A stretch of 55,736 nucleotides of DNA. It comes from a virus. Its lineage: Duplodnaviria > Caudoviricetes. Positions 47,662 to 55,736 of this stretch are shown here, piece after piece (position 1 is the first letter of the stretch; each line of letters opens with the position of its first letter). The stretch lies in IMG/VR virus record IMGVR_UViG_3300045120_000268, positions 1 through 55,736 of that record; one strand, written 5' to 3'. Under the pieces are notes generated by a model. It was not told the DNA's origin and searched no databases. It saw only the letters and a program-made list of their open reading frames with translations. Made by a program: the position numbers and the translations under genes.

Positions 47662-48140
47662 CCACCAGCCGCATCGGGCCGCTGATCGACTACTTGGTCG
47701 CCACGTTCACCGCCGCGACCACCCTCGGTGCCGCCACACCGCCGGTGCTCGTCTTCGACGGCCCGGTGGTCACCGCAGCCCCCGCCCAGCTCGCCCTGTA
47801 TGTCGGCGTGGACGACGTGTTCACCGACCAGGCGCCGATCTCGGCCACGTCGGAGCAGGTGCGGCAGGGCCTGGCGCAGAAGAAGCAGGAGACGGTCACG
47901 ATCCACTGCGCCGCCGTCGCGTGGGCCGGTACTGATGACTCCCGCACCGTCCGCCAGCAGGCGTTCGCCATCTTGGCCGCCGTTGAGGACCTGATCCGCG
48001 GCAACACGGATGGTTTCGGCGGCAACGCTGGCGCGGCGCTGCCGGGGGTGTCGGGGATCGGGCTGCAGCAGTCCACCGCGGACGGCTCAACCGCGCAGGT
48101 CGCGTTCACGATCACGTTCCTGAGCTTCATCGGCACCTAG
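47658..48140 (+). CDS. Tail terminator-like protein
   Basis: VFDGP...QAFAILAAVEDLIR; position in module. Confidence 0.65.
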   Translation: MTTSRIGPLIDYLVATFTAATTLGAATPPVLVFDGPVVTAAPAQLALYVGVDDVFTDQAPISATSEQVRQGLAQKKQETVTIHCAAVAWAGTDDSRTVRQQAFAILAAVEDLIRGNTDGFGGNAGAALPGVSGIGLQQSTADGSTAQVAFTITFLSFIGT

Positions 48141-48343
48141 CGGCTGATGACGTCCTCCGGCCATCTGGCCAGGATCGCCTGAGCTACGTCATCGGCGACG
48201 TACTGCTGATCGACCATCCAGCGGTACTGCCCATCGATCCACTCACCCGCACCTACAGCGGCGTAGCCGATGCCCCCCAGTTCGATCTGCTCGACCTCTT
48301 TGAGCAGGCGGCCGCTGCAGAACGTCTCGTATCGAACTCGCAT
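48137..48343 (-). CDS. Hypothetical antisense moron
   Basis: 68-aa ORF exactly filling the gap. Confidence 0.5.
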   Translation of the reverse strand: MRVRYETFCSGRLLKEVEQIELGGIGYAAVGAGEWIDGQYRWMVDQQYVADDVAQAILARWPEDVISR

Positions 48344-48366
48344 CTCATCAAGGTACAGGGAGAGAC

Positions 48367-48702
48367 ATGGCCACCTACGCAGTTCAGGCCCCGATACACC
48401 GTCCCGCGGGGGCGATCACCCTCCAGGCGCCCGCCGTGTCCGGCGACCTGGCCCCCACCGGCGCCGGGCTCGCGCTGTACGTCGGCAACGGCGCCACACC
48501 GACCACCGTCTCCTTCGCCGTGCCCACGTACGACGGGATGACGGTCACCTTCCCGGCGATCACCATCGCCGCCTCCTCGGTCTACCTGATCCCCCTCCCC
48601 TCGAGCGTGTATGGGGCCGGGACGGTCGCGGTCACCTACGGCAACGTAACCACGCTGACCGGCACCGGCCTGTCCGGTGTCGCGGTGGTGACGATCCCGT
48701 GA
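48367..48702 (+). CDS. Putative structural protein
   Basis: 111-aa beta-rich protein with RBS. Confidence 0.65.
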   Translation: MATYAVQAPIHRPAGAITLQAPAVSGDLAPTGAGLALYVGNGATPTTVSFAVPTYDGMTVTFPAITIAASSVYLIPLPSSVYGAGTVAVTYGNVTTLTGTGLSGVAVVTIP

Positions 48703-48881
48703 GCGACGTCATCATCTACCACCCGGAGACGCAGGCGCGGGTGGCTGTGCCGGAGGAAGCCGTGCCGCATCACCGCCGGTCCGGGTGGGTGCTGCTGTCC
48801 GAGCACGAGGAGAACGAGGCCGCCCGCGCCGAGCGTGAGGCCGCAACCAGCAAGGCCAGCGTCAAGAAGGGTGACCTGTAA
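48699..48881 (+). CDS. Small hypothetical protein
   Basis: IYHPET...VPEEAVPHHRRSGW; coupled at both ends. Confidence 0.6.
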   Translation: MSDVIIYHPETQARVAVPEEAVPHHRRSGWVLLSEHEENEAARAEREAATSKASVKKGDL

Positions 48882-49360
48882 TGGTGGCACCGCCTATCTC
48901 TGCATCTGACCGGTTCATACCCGAGGGCGCGACCCAGTTCTACTTCGTCGTTACGATGGCTTCCTACCTGTCGCCGACCCGGGGCGAGCTCAACGCCGGG
49001 ACGAACCTGACACCGGAAGTCGCGTCGTCGGGGAACTGGGGGATCGTGTCGAACGCGATCGACACCCCGGACCTGGCGACCACGTTCACCGGCCAGATCC
49101 CCGGCAAGATCACCATCGACGGGTCGACGCTGGCCATGTACTCCGACGACAACCAAGCGGATGCCAGAACGTTGATGCCGCGTAACACGGTGGGGTTCAT
49201 CGTGAAGTTCCCCGGCGGCGACATCACCGGCCGCAAGATGACCGTGTTCCCCGTCAAGGTCGGCAGCGTTGCGGAGCCGACGGCGTTCGGCGCGCCGACG
49301 GAGCTGAACTTCTCGTTCTACGTGACGAAGATCCCGGCGGAGAACATCACGGTGCCTTAA
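48881..49360 (+). CDS. Major tail (tube) protein
   Basis: PTRGELNAGTNLT...IDTPDL...GFIV...VFPVKV. Confidence 0.8.
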   Translation: MVAPPISASDRFIPEGATQFYFVVTMASYLSPTRGELNAGTNLTPEVASSGNWGIVSNAIDTPDLATTFTGQIPGKITIDGSTLAMYSDDNQADARTLMPRNTVGFIVKFPGGDITGRKMTVFPVKVGSVAEPTAFGAPTELNFSFYVTKIPAENITVP

Positions 49361-49875
49361 TGGCTCAGGCGCGGCTGGAGGTCGATGCGCGCAGCCAGGG
49401 CGCGAACCTGCGGACGATCGCCCGCGAGCTGGCGCGCATGGACGACCGGACAGTCAAAGATCTGTTCACCAAGCGGCTGACCGATGCGGCGCGGCCGTTC
49501 GTCCCGGCGGTCCGTGCGTCCGCTCTGGCGATCCCCACGACGGGCCTGCGGCACACGGGGCTGCGTGCCCGGATCGCAGCGTGCGCCGAGGTCGCGTCGT
49601 GGGAGTCCGGTGCCCGGCAGGTGAACGTCGCGGTGCAGATCCAGCCGAAGCACATGCCCGAGCACGAGAAGGGCTTGCCGCTTTACATGGAGGGCGTGCC
49701 GGACAAGGGGCGCCATGAGCGGTGGCGTCACCCGGTGTTTGGCCGACGGAAGGATCCGTGGGTGCCGCAGGACGCGCATCCGTATTTCTTCCGGGGTGCG
49801 GCCGGGTTCGGGCGGGCGTCAGAGGCCGCGATGCGGCGGGCGCTGGATGACATCACCGGCAAGCTCAACGGCTAG
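49360..49875 (+). CDS. Tail completion/neck protein (gp10-like)
   Basis: Basic protein; RWRHPVFG...WVPQ..HPYFF. Confidence 0.7.
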   Translation: MAQARLEVDARSQGANLRTIARELARMDDRTVKDLFTKRLTDAARPFVPAVRASALAIPTTGLRHTGLRARIAACAEVASWESGARQVNVAVQIQPKHMPEHEKGLPLYMEGVPDKGRHERWRHPVFGRRKDPWVPQDAHPYFFRGAAGFGRASEAAMRRALDDITGKLNG

Positions 49876-50191
49876 GCGGGCGGTCCATCAGTTCCGCGTG
49901 CTGTAGCCGGCCGATCTCGCGCTTCCGCTCGGCACGTCCCGCCGCCCGGACCACCACTAGCACGATCAGCGGGAGCACCCCGCAGAGGGCCAGCAGCGCA
50001 TAAAACGCGGCGACGCCGATGACTGCGGCGGCGAGCAGCGACCAGAGTGTGGCTTCACGCCCGGCGCGGGTCCAGCCGTGGACGTCGAGGGTGCGTGGGG
50101 CGAAGTGGCGCCAGATGCGCGTGCTGGCCCCCGTCCAGGACAGGGGCGAAGCGAGTATCACTTGCTCGCTCGGCAGTAGTCCGGTGTTCAT
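49865..50191 (-). CDS. Membrane protein (moron)
   Basis: Long hydrophobic segment; coupled to the Arc-like gene. Confidence 0.6.
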   Translation of the reverse strand: MNTGLLPSEQVILASPLSWTGASTRIWRHFAPRTLDVHGWTRAGREATLWSLLAAAVIGVAAFYALLALCGVLPLIVLVVVRAAGRAERKREIGRLQHAELMDRPPSR

Positions 50192-50337
50192 GACTGATCC
50201 TTGCTGGGTTCGAGGACTGCCAGGGCCTCATCCAGCAGGATGAGGATTTCGCTGTTCAGGGACCGCTTGTCCTGCCTGGCGACCCTCACCAGCCGGGCGT
50301 GCAGTTCGTCGTCCAGTCGCACATTCAGGTTCTTCAT
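50188..50337 (-). CDS. Arc/ribbon-helix-helix regulator (not in ORF track)
   Basis: MKNLNVRLDDELHARLVRVARQDKRSLNSEILILLDEAL. Confidence 0.85.
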   Translation of the reverse strand: MKNLNVRLDDELHARLVRVARQDKRSLNSEILILLDEALAVLEPSKDQS

Positions 50338-50376
50338 ACACCCACCATAGCACCATCCCGGCTATTAGGAGATCCC

Positions 50377-50811
50377 ATGCCCCTGCTGTCCAAGGGCGAC
50401 ATCCTCGAGGCCAAAGATCTTCGCACCGAAGAGGTTGAGGTCCCCGAATGGGGCGGCTCGGTCCTCGTGCGCGGCATGACCGGGCGGGAGCGGGACGAGT
50501 TCGAGGCGTCGGCGATGGATCAGCGCAGCGGCCGGATGAACCTGGCGAACACCCGCGCGAAGATCGTCCTCCGCTGCGTCGTGGACGACGACGGCAAGCG
50601 CCTGTTCGACAACGCCGACATCGACGTGCTCGGCGCGAAGTCCGCCGCGGCGCTCGACCGCGTGTTCGCTGTGGCGTCCCGCCTGTCGGGGCTGGGTGAG
50701 CGCGATGTGGAGGAGCTGGCCGCAAATTTCGGCGGGACGAATGGCGGCGGTTCGTCTTCCGCCTCGCCCGCGACCTCCACAAAACCGTCGCGCAGCTCCT
50801 CAGTGAAGTGA
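50377..50811 (+). CDS. Tail assembly chaperone (G)
   Basis: EVEVPEWGGSVLVRGMTGRERDEFE...DDDGKRLF. Confidence 0.88.
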   Translation: MPLLSKGDILEAKDLRTEEVEVPEWGGSVLVRGMTGRERDEFEASAMDQRSGRMNLANTRAKIVLRCVVDDDGKRLFDNADIDVLGAKSAAALDRVFAVASRLSGLGERDVEELAANFGGTNGGGSSSASPATSTKPSRSSSVK

Positions 50812-50903
50812 GCAGCGCCGAACTCACCGAGTGGGCCGGCTACCACCTGTTCGAAGCCGAGCAGCGCAAACAGCAGCAGGACGCCGGGATGGAGGGCGTG
50901 TGA
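50724..50903 (+). CDS. Tail chaperone GT extension via -1 frameshift at A AAT TTC
   Basis: Slippery heptamer at 50724-50730; -1 frame RRFVFRLARDLHKTVAQLL...SSAELTEWAGY stops at 50903. Confidence 0.8.
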   Translation, partial: KFRRDEWRRFVFRLARDLHKTVAQLLSEVSSAELTEWAGYHLFEAEQRKQQQDAGMEGV

Positions 50904-50904
50904 C

Positions 50905-53900
50905 GTGGCGACCCTCACCTATACCGTCCAGGCGATCGACTCCGCGTCGGGCACGTTCGCGAAGATCGCCCTGTCAGCTAAGGACCTGGAAGACAAGGTC
51001 GACAAGCTGGCGAAAACGCGCGCGGACATCCCCGTCAATCTTGAGGACAAGCAGGCCCAGGCGTCGCTGAAAGACCTGGACCTGAAGCTGACGAAGCTGA
51101 AGACGAAGGTCACCGATCCCAGCATCAGCCTCAAGGGCCTGGAGGCGGCGTACTCCGGGATCGCCCGCCTGGATGTGGCGCTGGCCAGGCTCAGCGCCAA
51201 AACCGCTACCCCCGGGGTTGACGTCAAGGGGGTGGATCGTTCGCTCACCGGGATCAGGCTCCTGGACGCGGCGCTGGACAAGATCGGCCTCAAGACCGTG
51301 ACGGCGCGCGTGAAGGTGTCTGTGGACCGCAGCGAGCTGGCCGGCTTCGCCCGCTACCTCACTGGCGCCGGCGGTGGCGGCGGCGGTGGTGCGGGCGGCG
51401 CTGCCTCCAGTGGCGGTGGCCTGCTGAGTTCCCCCCTCGGGATCGGTGCCATCGTCGGCGGCGCCGCCCTCGCCGCGGGCCTGGTGCCCAGCGTCGTGGG
51501 GCTCGGCATCGGCGGCATCGCGGGCGCGGGTGCGGTCGCCGGTGGCCTGTTCGGCGCCTCCGAAGGGAAGAAGCAACTCAACGCCGACCTGGCCAGCATC
51601 AAGACGATCACCACCGCGCTGAAGGGCGCCATCGGGAAGCAGAAGACCGACCTGTCCGCCGCGCTGAAAGACGCGAACAAGCAGTACTCGAAGGACGCGG
51701 CGTTCTTCCAGCCGTTCACCAACCTCCAGTCGTCGCTGCAGCAGCTGCTGCATACGGTACTGGTGCCGCTGCGGACGGTCATGAACCCGCTGGCGGCGAT
51801 CTTCACCCAGTTCGGGAAGGGCCTCACCGGGCTCGGCCCGCAGTTCGCCGCCCTGTTCAAGGCGTCGCTGCCGTTCATCAAGCAGTTCCTCGACTTCATG
51901 CTGCAGGCCGGGAAGATCCTCCTCCCGGCGTTCACGCAGGCGATGAACACGATGGTGAAGTCCGGGGCGCTGCAGCAGATGATGCAGGGCCTCGTCGTAC
52001 TGGTGCAGGGGCTCGCTGATTTCACTATCGCGCTCGGCCCGGGGATGGCGGCCAGCGCCCAGATTTTCGCGCGGCTGATGACGTTCCTCGCCCGCGGAAT
52101 GGGCCCGCTCGGGACCGCGTTCTCAGTGATCGCGAAGATCCTGACGTTCGATGTCCCGAAGGCCGCCAGCCAGGGCACCGATGCCGTAATCCGCAGCTTC
52201 GACGCCCTCCGCGGCAACGCCGCAGCCACCTGGAACGCGATCGGGAATGTCGTCGGCCAGGTCATCGGGAACGTCGAACATGCGGTCGGCAACTTCGGCC
52301 ACGCGCTCCTCACGGCGTTCGACTCGACGACACACTTGGTCTCGGCGGTGTGGCGGCAGTTCTGGGAGGCGACCGTCGGCAACGCGGTCAAACACGCGTT
52401 CGATAACGTCACCAACATCCTGGACCAGCTGCGGCATGCCGTCGCCGTGGTTTTCGGCGCCATCGCGCACAGCACCGCCGCCGTCTGGAATGCGCTGTGG
52501 GCAGCTGTTAAAGGCACGCTGACCAGCGGCGTCAATTTCGTGACGTCCCATATCGGCCAGTTCCACATCAGCCTGACCGGCACGTTCAACTCGATCAAGA
52601 CGACGCTGTCGAACATCTGGCACACCATCTGGTCCACGCTGGAATCGGCCACCAGGACGGGGATCAGCCGCATCGGCTCCGTCCTGAACGGGATTAAGAA
52701 CGCGTTCATGACCCCTATCCGCTGGGTCGTCAGCAACGTCCTCACCCCGCTGGTCAACGTGTGGGACAAGATCGCCGGTGCGGTCGGGCAGAAGAACCTG
52801 GTGTTTCATCTGCCGGCGTTCGCTGAAGGTGGGAAGGTCACCGCCGGGACCGGCCCCACCGCCGATGATGTGCTGGTCCGTGTCTCCAAGGGGGAGACGA
52901 TCGTCTCCGCCGCGCATTCGGCCGCGCTCGCGCCGTTCTTCAGGGCGGCTGGGGTTCCCGGCTACGCCGGCGGTGGGAAGGTCGGCCAGAATCCACCGCC
53001 GGGGGTGACTGCGCGAGTGGGGCCGGCGGCCAGCGTCGGCGGCCCGGATCTCAACATAGGCAACCTGATCGGCAAGGGCCTGTCGTGGGTGACGGGTCAT
53101 CTCCTCGCCCCCATCACGGGCCTGCTCGGCCACATCCCCGGCACCGCGTCAGGCGTCGGCCAGCTGATCGGGGGCATGGGGAAAACCCTCGCCGGTGCTG
53201 TCGCCAAGGGCATCGCCGGGATGATCTCGGGCCTCGGTGCGTCCGGGTCGGCGATCGTCCGGGACGCGATGTCCTGGCTCGGGAAGATCCCGTATGTGTG
53301 GGGCGGTACTGCCGTCCCGGGTGGCGCGGACTGCAGTGGGTTCGTCCAGACGATCTACGGCCGGCACGGCATCTCGGCGCCGCGGACGTCGGAGGCGCAG
53401 GGCGCGTGGGTACATAGGAGCGGCCCCACACCCGGAGGGCTCGCGTTTTACAACAGTCCGGCTGGTGGGCCTCCACCCGGGCATGTGGCGATCATCGGTG
53501 AAGGCGGGAAGGTCATCAGCCAGGGCGGCGGGATGGGGCCGCAGCTGGTGGGCCTGCACGCGTTCCCGCTGATGTGGACAGGTGTCCCGCCGGGCGGTCT
53601 CTCCAAACCCGGCGGTCTCGGCCGGGCCGGGGCCTATTCGGTAGCGGGCATGGCCCGGCTGTGGCAGCAAGTCGGCGGCGCGGCTGGTGTGGCTCACCTG
53701 ATGGGCGCGATCGGGATGGCCGAGTCCGGTGGCGACCCGCGGGCACACAACCCCTCCGGCGCCTCCGGGCTGTGGCAGATCCTTGGGCTGCCGTTCCCCG
53801 GTAATCCGTTCATCCCCGCCACCAACGCCCGGATGGCCCTGTCCAAATACCGCAGCCAGGGCCTCGGTGCGTGGTCGGCGTACACCAACGGCTCCTACCG

Positions 53901-54114
53901 GCAGTTCTTCGACCGCGGCGGCCTGCTGATGCCCGGGGTGACGCTGGCCGTGAACAACACCGGCGCCCCTGAGCATGTCGTCCCCAACTCTGGGCAGGGG
54001 TCGATGGCTGAAGTCGTCGCGTTGCTGCGGCAGATCCTGCGCGCCACCCAGCTCGCCCCCGCCGCCACCTCGGTGGGCATGACCCGGGCGCTCAACGGCA
54101 TGGTGCCCCGGTGA
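50905..54114 (+). CDS. Tape measure protein with NlpC/P60 and lytic transglycosylase domains
   Basis: 1069 aa, helical W/F repeats; PYVWGG..DCSGFV..GHVAI; MAESGG..ASGLWQI. Confidence 0.93.
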   Translation: MATLTYTVQAIDSASGTFAKIALSAKDLEDKVDKLAKTRADIPVNLEDKQAQASLKDLDLKLTKLKTKVTDPSISLKGLEAAYSGIARLDVALARLSAKTATPGVDVKGVDRSLTGIRLLDAALDKIGLKTVTARVKVSVDRSELAGFARYLTGAGGGGGGGAGGAASSGGGLLSSPLGIGAIVGGAALAAGLVPSVVGLGIGGIAGAGAVAGGLFGASEGKKQLNADLASIKTITTALKGAIGKQKTDLSAALKDANKQYSKDAAFFQPFTNLQSSLQQLLHTVLVPLRTVMNPLAAIFTQFGKGLTGLGPQFAALFKASLPFIKQFLDFMLQAGKILLPAFTQAMNTMVKSGALQQMMQGLVVLVQGLADFTIALGPGMAASAQIFARLMTFLARGMGPLGTAFSVIAKILTFDVPKAASQGTDAVIRSFDALRGNAAATWNAIGNVVGQVIGNVEHAVGNFGHALLTAFDSTTHLVSAVWRQFWEATVGNAVKHAFDNVTNILDQLRHAVAVVFGAIAHSTAAVWNALWAAVKGTLTSGVNFVTSHIGQFHISLTGTFNSIKTTLSNIWHTIWSTLESATRTGISRIGSVLNGIKNAFMTPIRWVVSNVLTPLVNVWDKIAGAVGQKNLVFHLPAFAEGGKVTAGTGPTADDVLVRVSKGETIVSAAHSAALAPFFRAAGVPGYAGGGKVGQNPPPGVTARVGPAASVGGPDLNIGNLIGKGLSWVTGHLLAPITGLLGHIPGTASGVGQLIGGMGKTLAGAVAKGIAGMISGLGASGSAIVRDAMSWLGKIPYVWGGTAVPGGADCSGFVQTIYGRHGISAPRTSEAQGAWVHRSGPTPGGLAFYNSPAGGPPPGHVAIIGEGGKVISQGGGMGPQLVGLHAFPLMWTGVPPGGLSKPGGLGRAGAYSVAGMARLWQQVGGAAGVAHLMGAIGMAESGGDPRAHNPSGASGLWQILGLPFPGNPFIPATNARMALSKYRSQGLGAWSAYTNGSYRQFFDRGGLLMPGVTLAVNNTGAPEHVVPNSGQGSMAEVVALLRQILRATQLAPAATSVGMTRALNGMVPR

Positions 54115-55736
54115 GCAGCGCCGACTCCCTCATCTTGGCGGACGTGGTTGAGCTCCTCGGCGGTGGTGTCATCTCGCAGCACCCCCTGTGTCCCGGTGCG
54201 CAGATCACCCTCGTCGGCGTGGATTTCGGGGCGCCGCAGCCGCAGACCGAGGTCGTCGCGTCGCTCCTGCTGGACGGCGAACGGCCGTCGGGCCGGCGGG
54301 CGAGCAACAGGACGATCTCGCTCCCCATCCAGATAAGGGGCCCGTCGCGGCCCATCATGGACGGCGCCCGCGAACTGCTGCAGCAGCTGGTGGACGCCGA
54401 CACGTGGCGCCTCACGTGGACGCCGGACCCGGGGACGGGCACGGCGCTGCCGATGATCTTCGACTGTTTCCGGGCGACCGCTGTCGTCAACCGTGACCTG
54501 CTCCTTGAGGACTCGCTGGTTTCGCAGCTGACGATCACGTTCCCGGCGTTGCCGTTCGGCCGGTCGGACACGCAGACCACTTTGGTGTTCCCGACGCCGT
54601 CGTCGTTCCCCACGCCGGCGAACCCGGTCCGCATCGACGACTACTCGACGGTGTCGACGACGACGCAGACGACCGCCGGGTGGTGGACCCAGTCCAGCCA
54701 GCACGTCGCCGACTCGTTCTCCGCATTCTGGAATCAGCCCGTTACCGACCGGGACAGCGGCCCGTTCTATACGCATACGCTCGCCGCGCCGCTGGACATC
54801 ACCGGCCTGCCGAACCTGACATTCCAGTTCGGCCTCGGCACCAGCAACTACAAGTCGTGGCACGCCGGGAACGTCACCTTCGCCATCACCCTGACCGACA
54901 ACGCGGCGCACACCCTGGCAGCCGGCGGCGTCGCGTACTGCGTCGCGTCGAACAACACGCTGTTCCCGTCGTGGACGCAGGTCACGTTCCCCATCCCCAC
55001 CTCGGTGGTGTTCGACTACACCCACCTCAACTCGTACAGCATCCACGCGTGGCGGTTCGTGGACCGCGACGGCGCATTGGAGCTGGACTCCGCGGCGTAC
55101 CTGAACGGGTTGACGGCGATCGCGTCGGCGCAGAACCCGATCGCCGCGATCAGGGGCACCCTCTATCAGATCCCGCCCCGGGGGACGGCGCGGGCGCCGA
55201 TGTCGACCCAGTTCCAGTCGCCGCCGATCACGACGCCGGCGACGGTGACGTTCAACACGGCGGGGCCGTTCACGTGGCCGGTGCCGGCGGGCGTCACGGT
55301 GGGCGCGGTGAGTGTTAAGGGCGCCACCGGGAAAGGCGGCGACCGTACCACGGCCGGTGCCGGTGGCGGCGCTGGTGGCGGTGCTGGCGCCACCCACGCC
55401 ACGTATCCGCTGGTGCCCGGCACGGTTCTGTCGGGCTACATCGGCGCCGCCGGCGGTTCCGGCGGGTTCCCCACCCTGGTCGCGTCGTATTTCGATCATG
55501 AGGATGCGTGGAACTACAACACGCTGGTCACGCCGTCGTTCACCCCCACGGCGGGTGAGCTGATCGTTGTCAAGGCGCTCAACTCGGAACGGTCGCAGAC
55601 GTTCGGCACCCCCACCGGCGGCGGCCTGACGTTCACCAACAGGGTTGACCAGAACGTCACCTCCCATTGCCGCGCCGACATCTGGACCGCGACCGTCGGC
55701 GGCTCCCCGGTGGCGATGACGGTCTCCCTGACCGTC
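54111..55736 (+). CDS. N-terminal part of the evolved distal tail protein (joins 1..1618)
   Basis: GTGA overlap with the tape measure stop; open to the window end; ASNRTISLPIQI...LTITFPALPFGRS. Confidence 0.8.
   Translation, partial: MSSADSLILADVVELLGGGVISQHPLCPGAQITLVGVDFGAPQPQTEVVASLLLDGERPSGRRASNRTISLPIQIRGPSRPIMDGARELLQQLVDADTWRLTWTPDPGTGTALPMIFDCFRATAVVNRDLLLEDSLVSQLTITFPALPFGRSDTQTTLVFPTPSSFPTPANPVRIDDYSTVSTTTQTTAGWWTQSSQHVADSFSAFWNQPVTDRDSGPFYTHTLAAPLDITGLPNLTFQFGLGTSNYKSWHAGNVTFAITLTDNAAHTLAAGGVAYCVASNNTLFPSWTQVTFPIPTSVVFDYTHLNSYSIHAWRFVDRDGALELDSAAYLNGLTAIASAQNPIAAIRGTLYQIPPRGTARAPMSTQFQSPPITTPATVTFNTAGPFTWPVPAGVTVGAVSVKGATGKGGDRTTAGAGGGAGGGAGATHATYPLVPGTVLSGYIGAAGGSGGFPTLVASYFDHEDAWNYNTLVTPSFTPTAGELIVVKALNSERSQTFGTPTGGGLTFTNRVDQNVTSHCRADIWTATVGGSPVAMTVSLTV
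55610..55736 (+). repeat. Terminal direct repeat copy 2
   Basis: Identical to 1..127. Confidence 0.95.

Larger units (their letters stand above)
1..55736. mobile_element. Complete temperate actinobacteriophage (siphovirus) genome, circularly permuted
   Basis: Packaging, head, tail, lysis, integrase/repressor and replication modules are all present; the ends overlap by 127 bp. Confidence 0.95.

Noticed and set aside
53895-55667. 590-aa minus-strand ORF
   Set aside because: Shadow of the + strand Dit frame, which the track missed because it has no stop inside the window
55610-55736. 127-bp repeat as a biological terminal repeat
   Set aside because: It lies mid-gene and 127 is a common assembler k-mer length; the real ends are more likely near terS
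1-55736. tRNA, rRNA, CRISPR array or IS transposase
   Set aside because: None recognised by eye; a tRNA or Rfam scan is needed to exclude small RNAs

Overview
This window is almost certainly a complete, circularly permuted temperate siphovirus genome (55,609 bp unique, plus a 127-bp end overlap) of a high-GC, probably filamentous, actinobacterium. The late module runs HNH, cos-like region, terS, a split terL, portal, protease, HK97-fold capsid, an ~8-kb accessory structural block with a glycosyltransferase, head-tail and tail genes, a tail chaperone with a -1 frameshift, a tape measure with NlpC/P60 and SLT domains, an evolved Dit spanning the window junction, and holin-like genes. The lysogeny and early region holds a serine integrase with a candidate attP, an XRE repressor/Cro switch, a BldC-like HTH, a RecE-like nuclease with an SSAP-like partner, and a replication initiator. 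Most unusual: (1) an AICE/plasmid-type transfer module (FtsK/TraB-like, DUF2637/SpdA-like, divergent GntR/Kor-like) inside an apparently intact phage; (2) BldD-box-like sites in that module, at the immunity switch and before terS; (3) a repeat-flanked yhhQ+dpdA 7-deazaguanine cassette with no biosynthesis genes; (4) tandem GH25-like lysin paralogs far from the holins; (5) a split terL followed by a diverged copy of its last 30 codons. All family calls come from recognising motifs by eye; no database searches were run.
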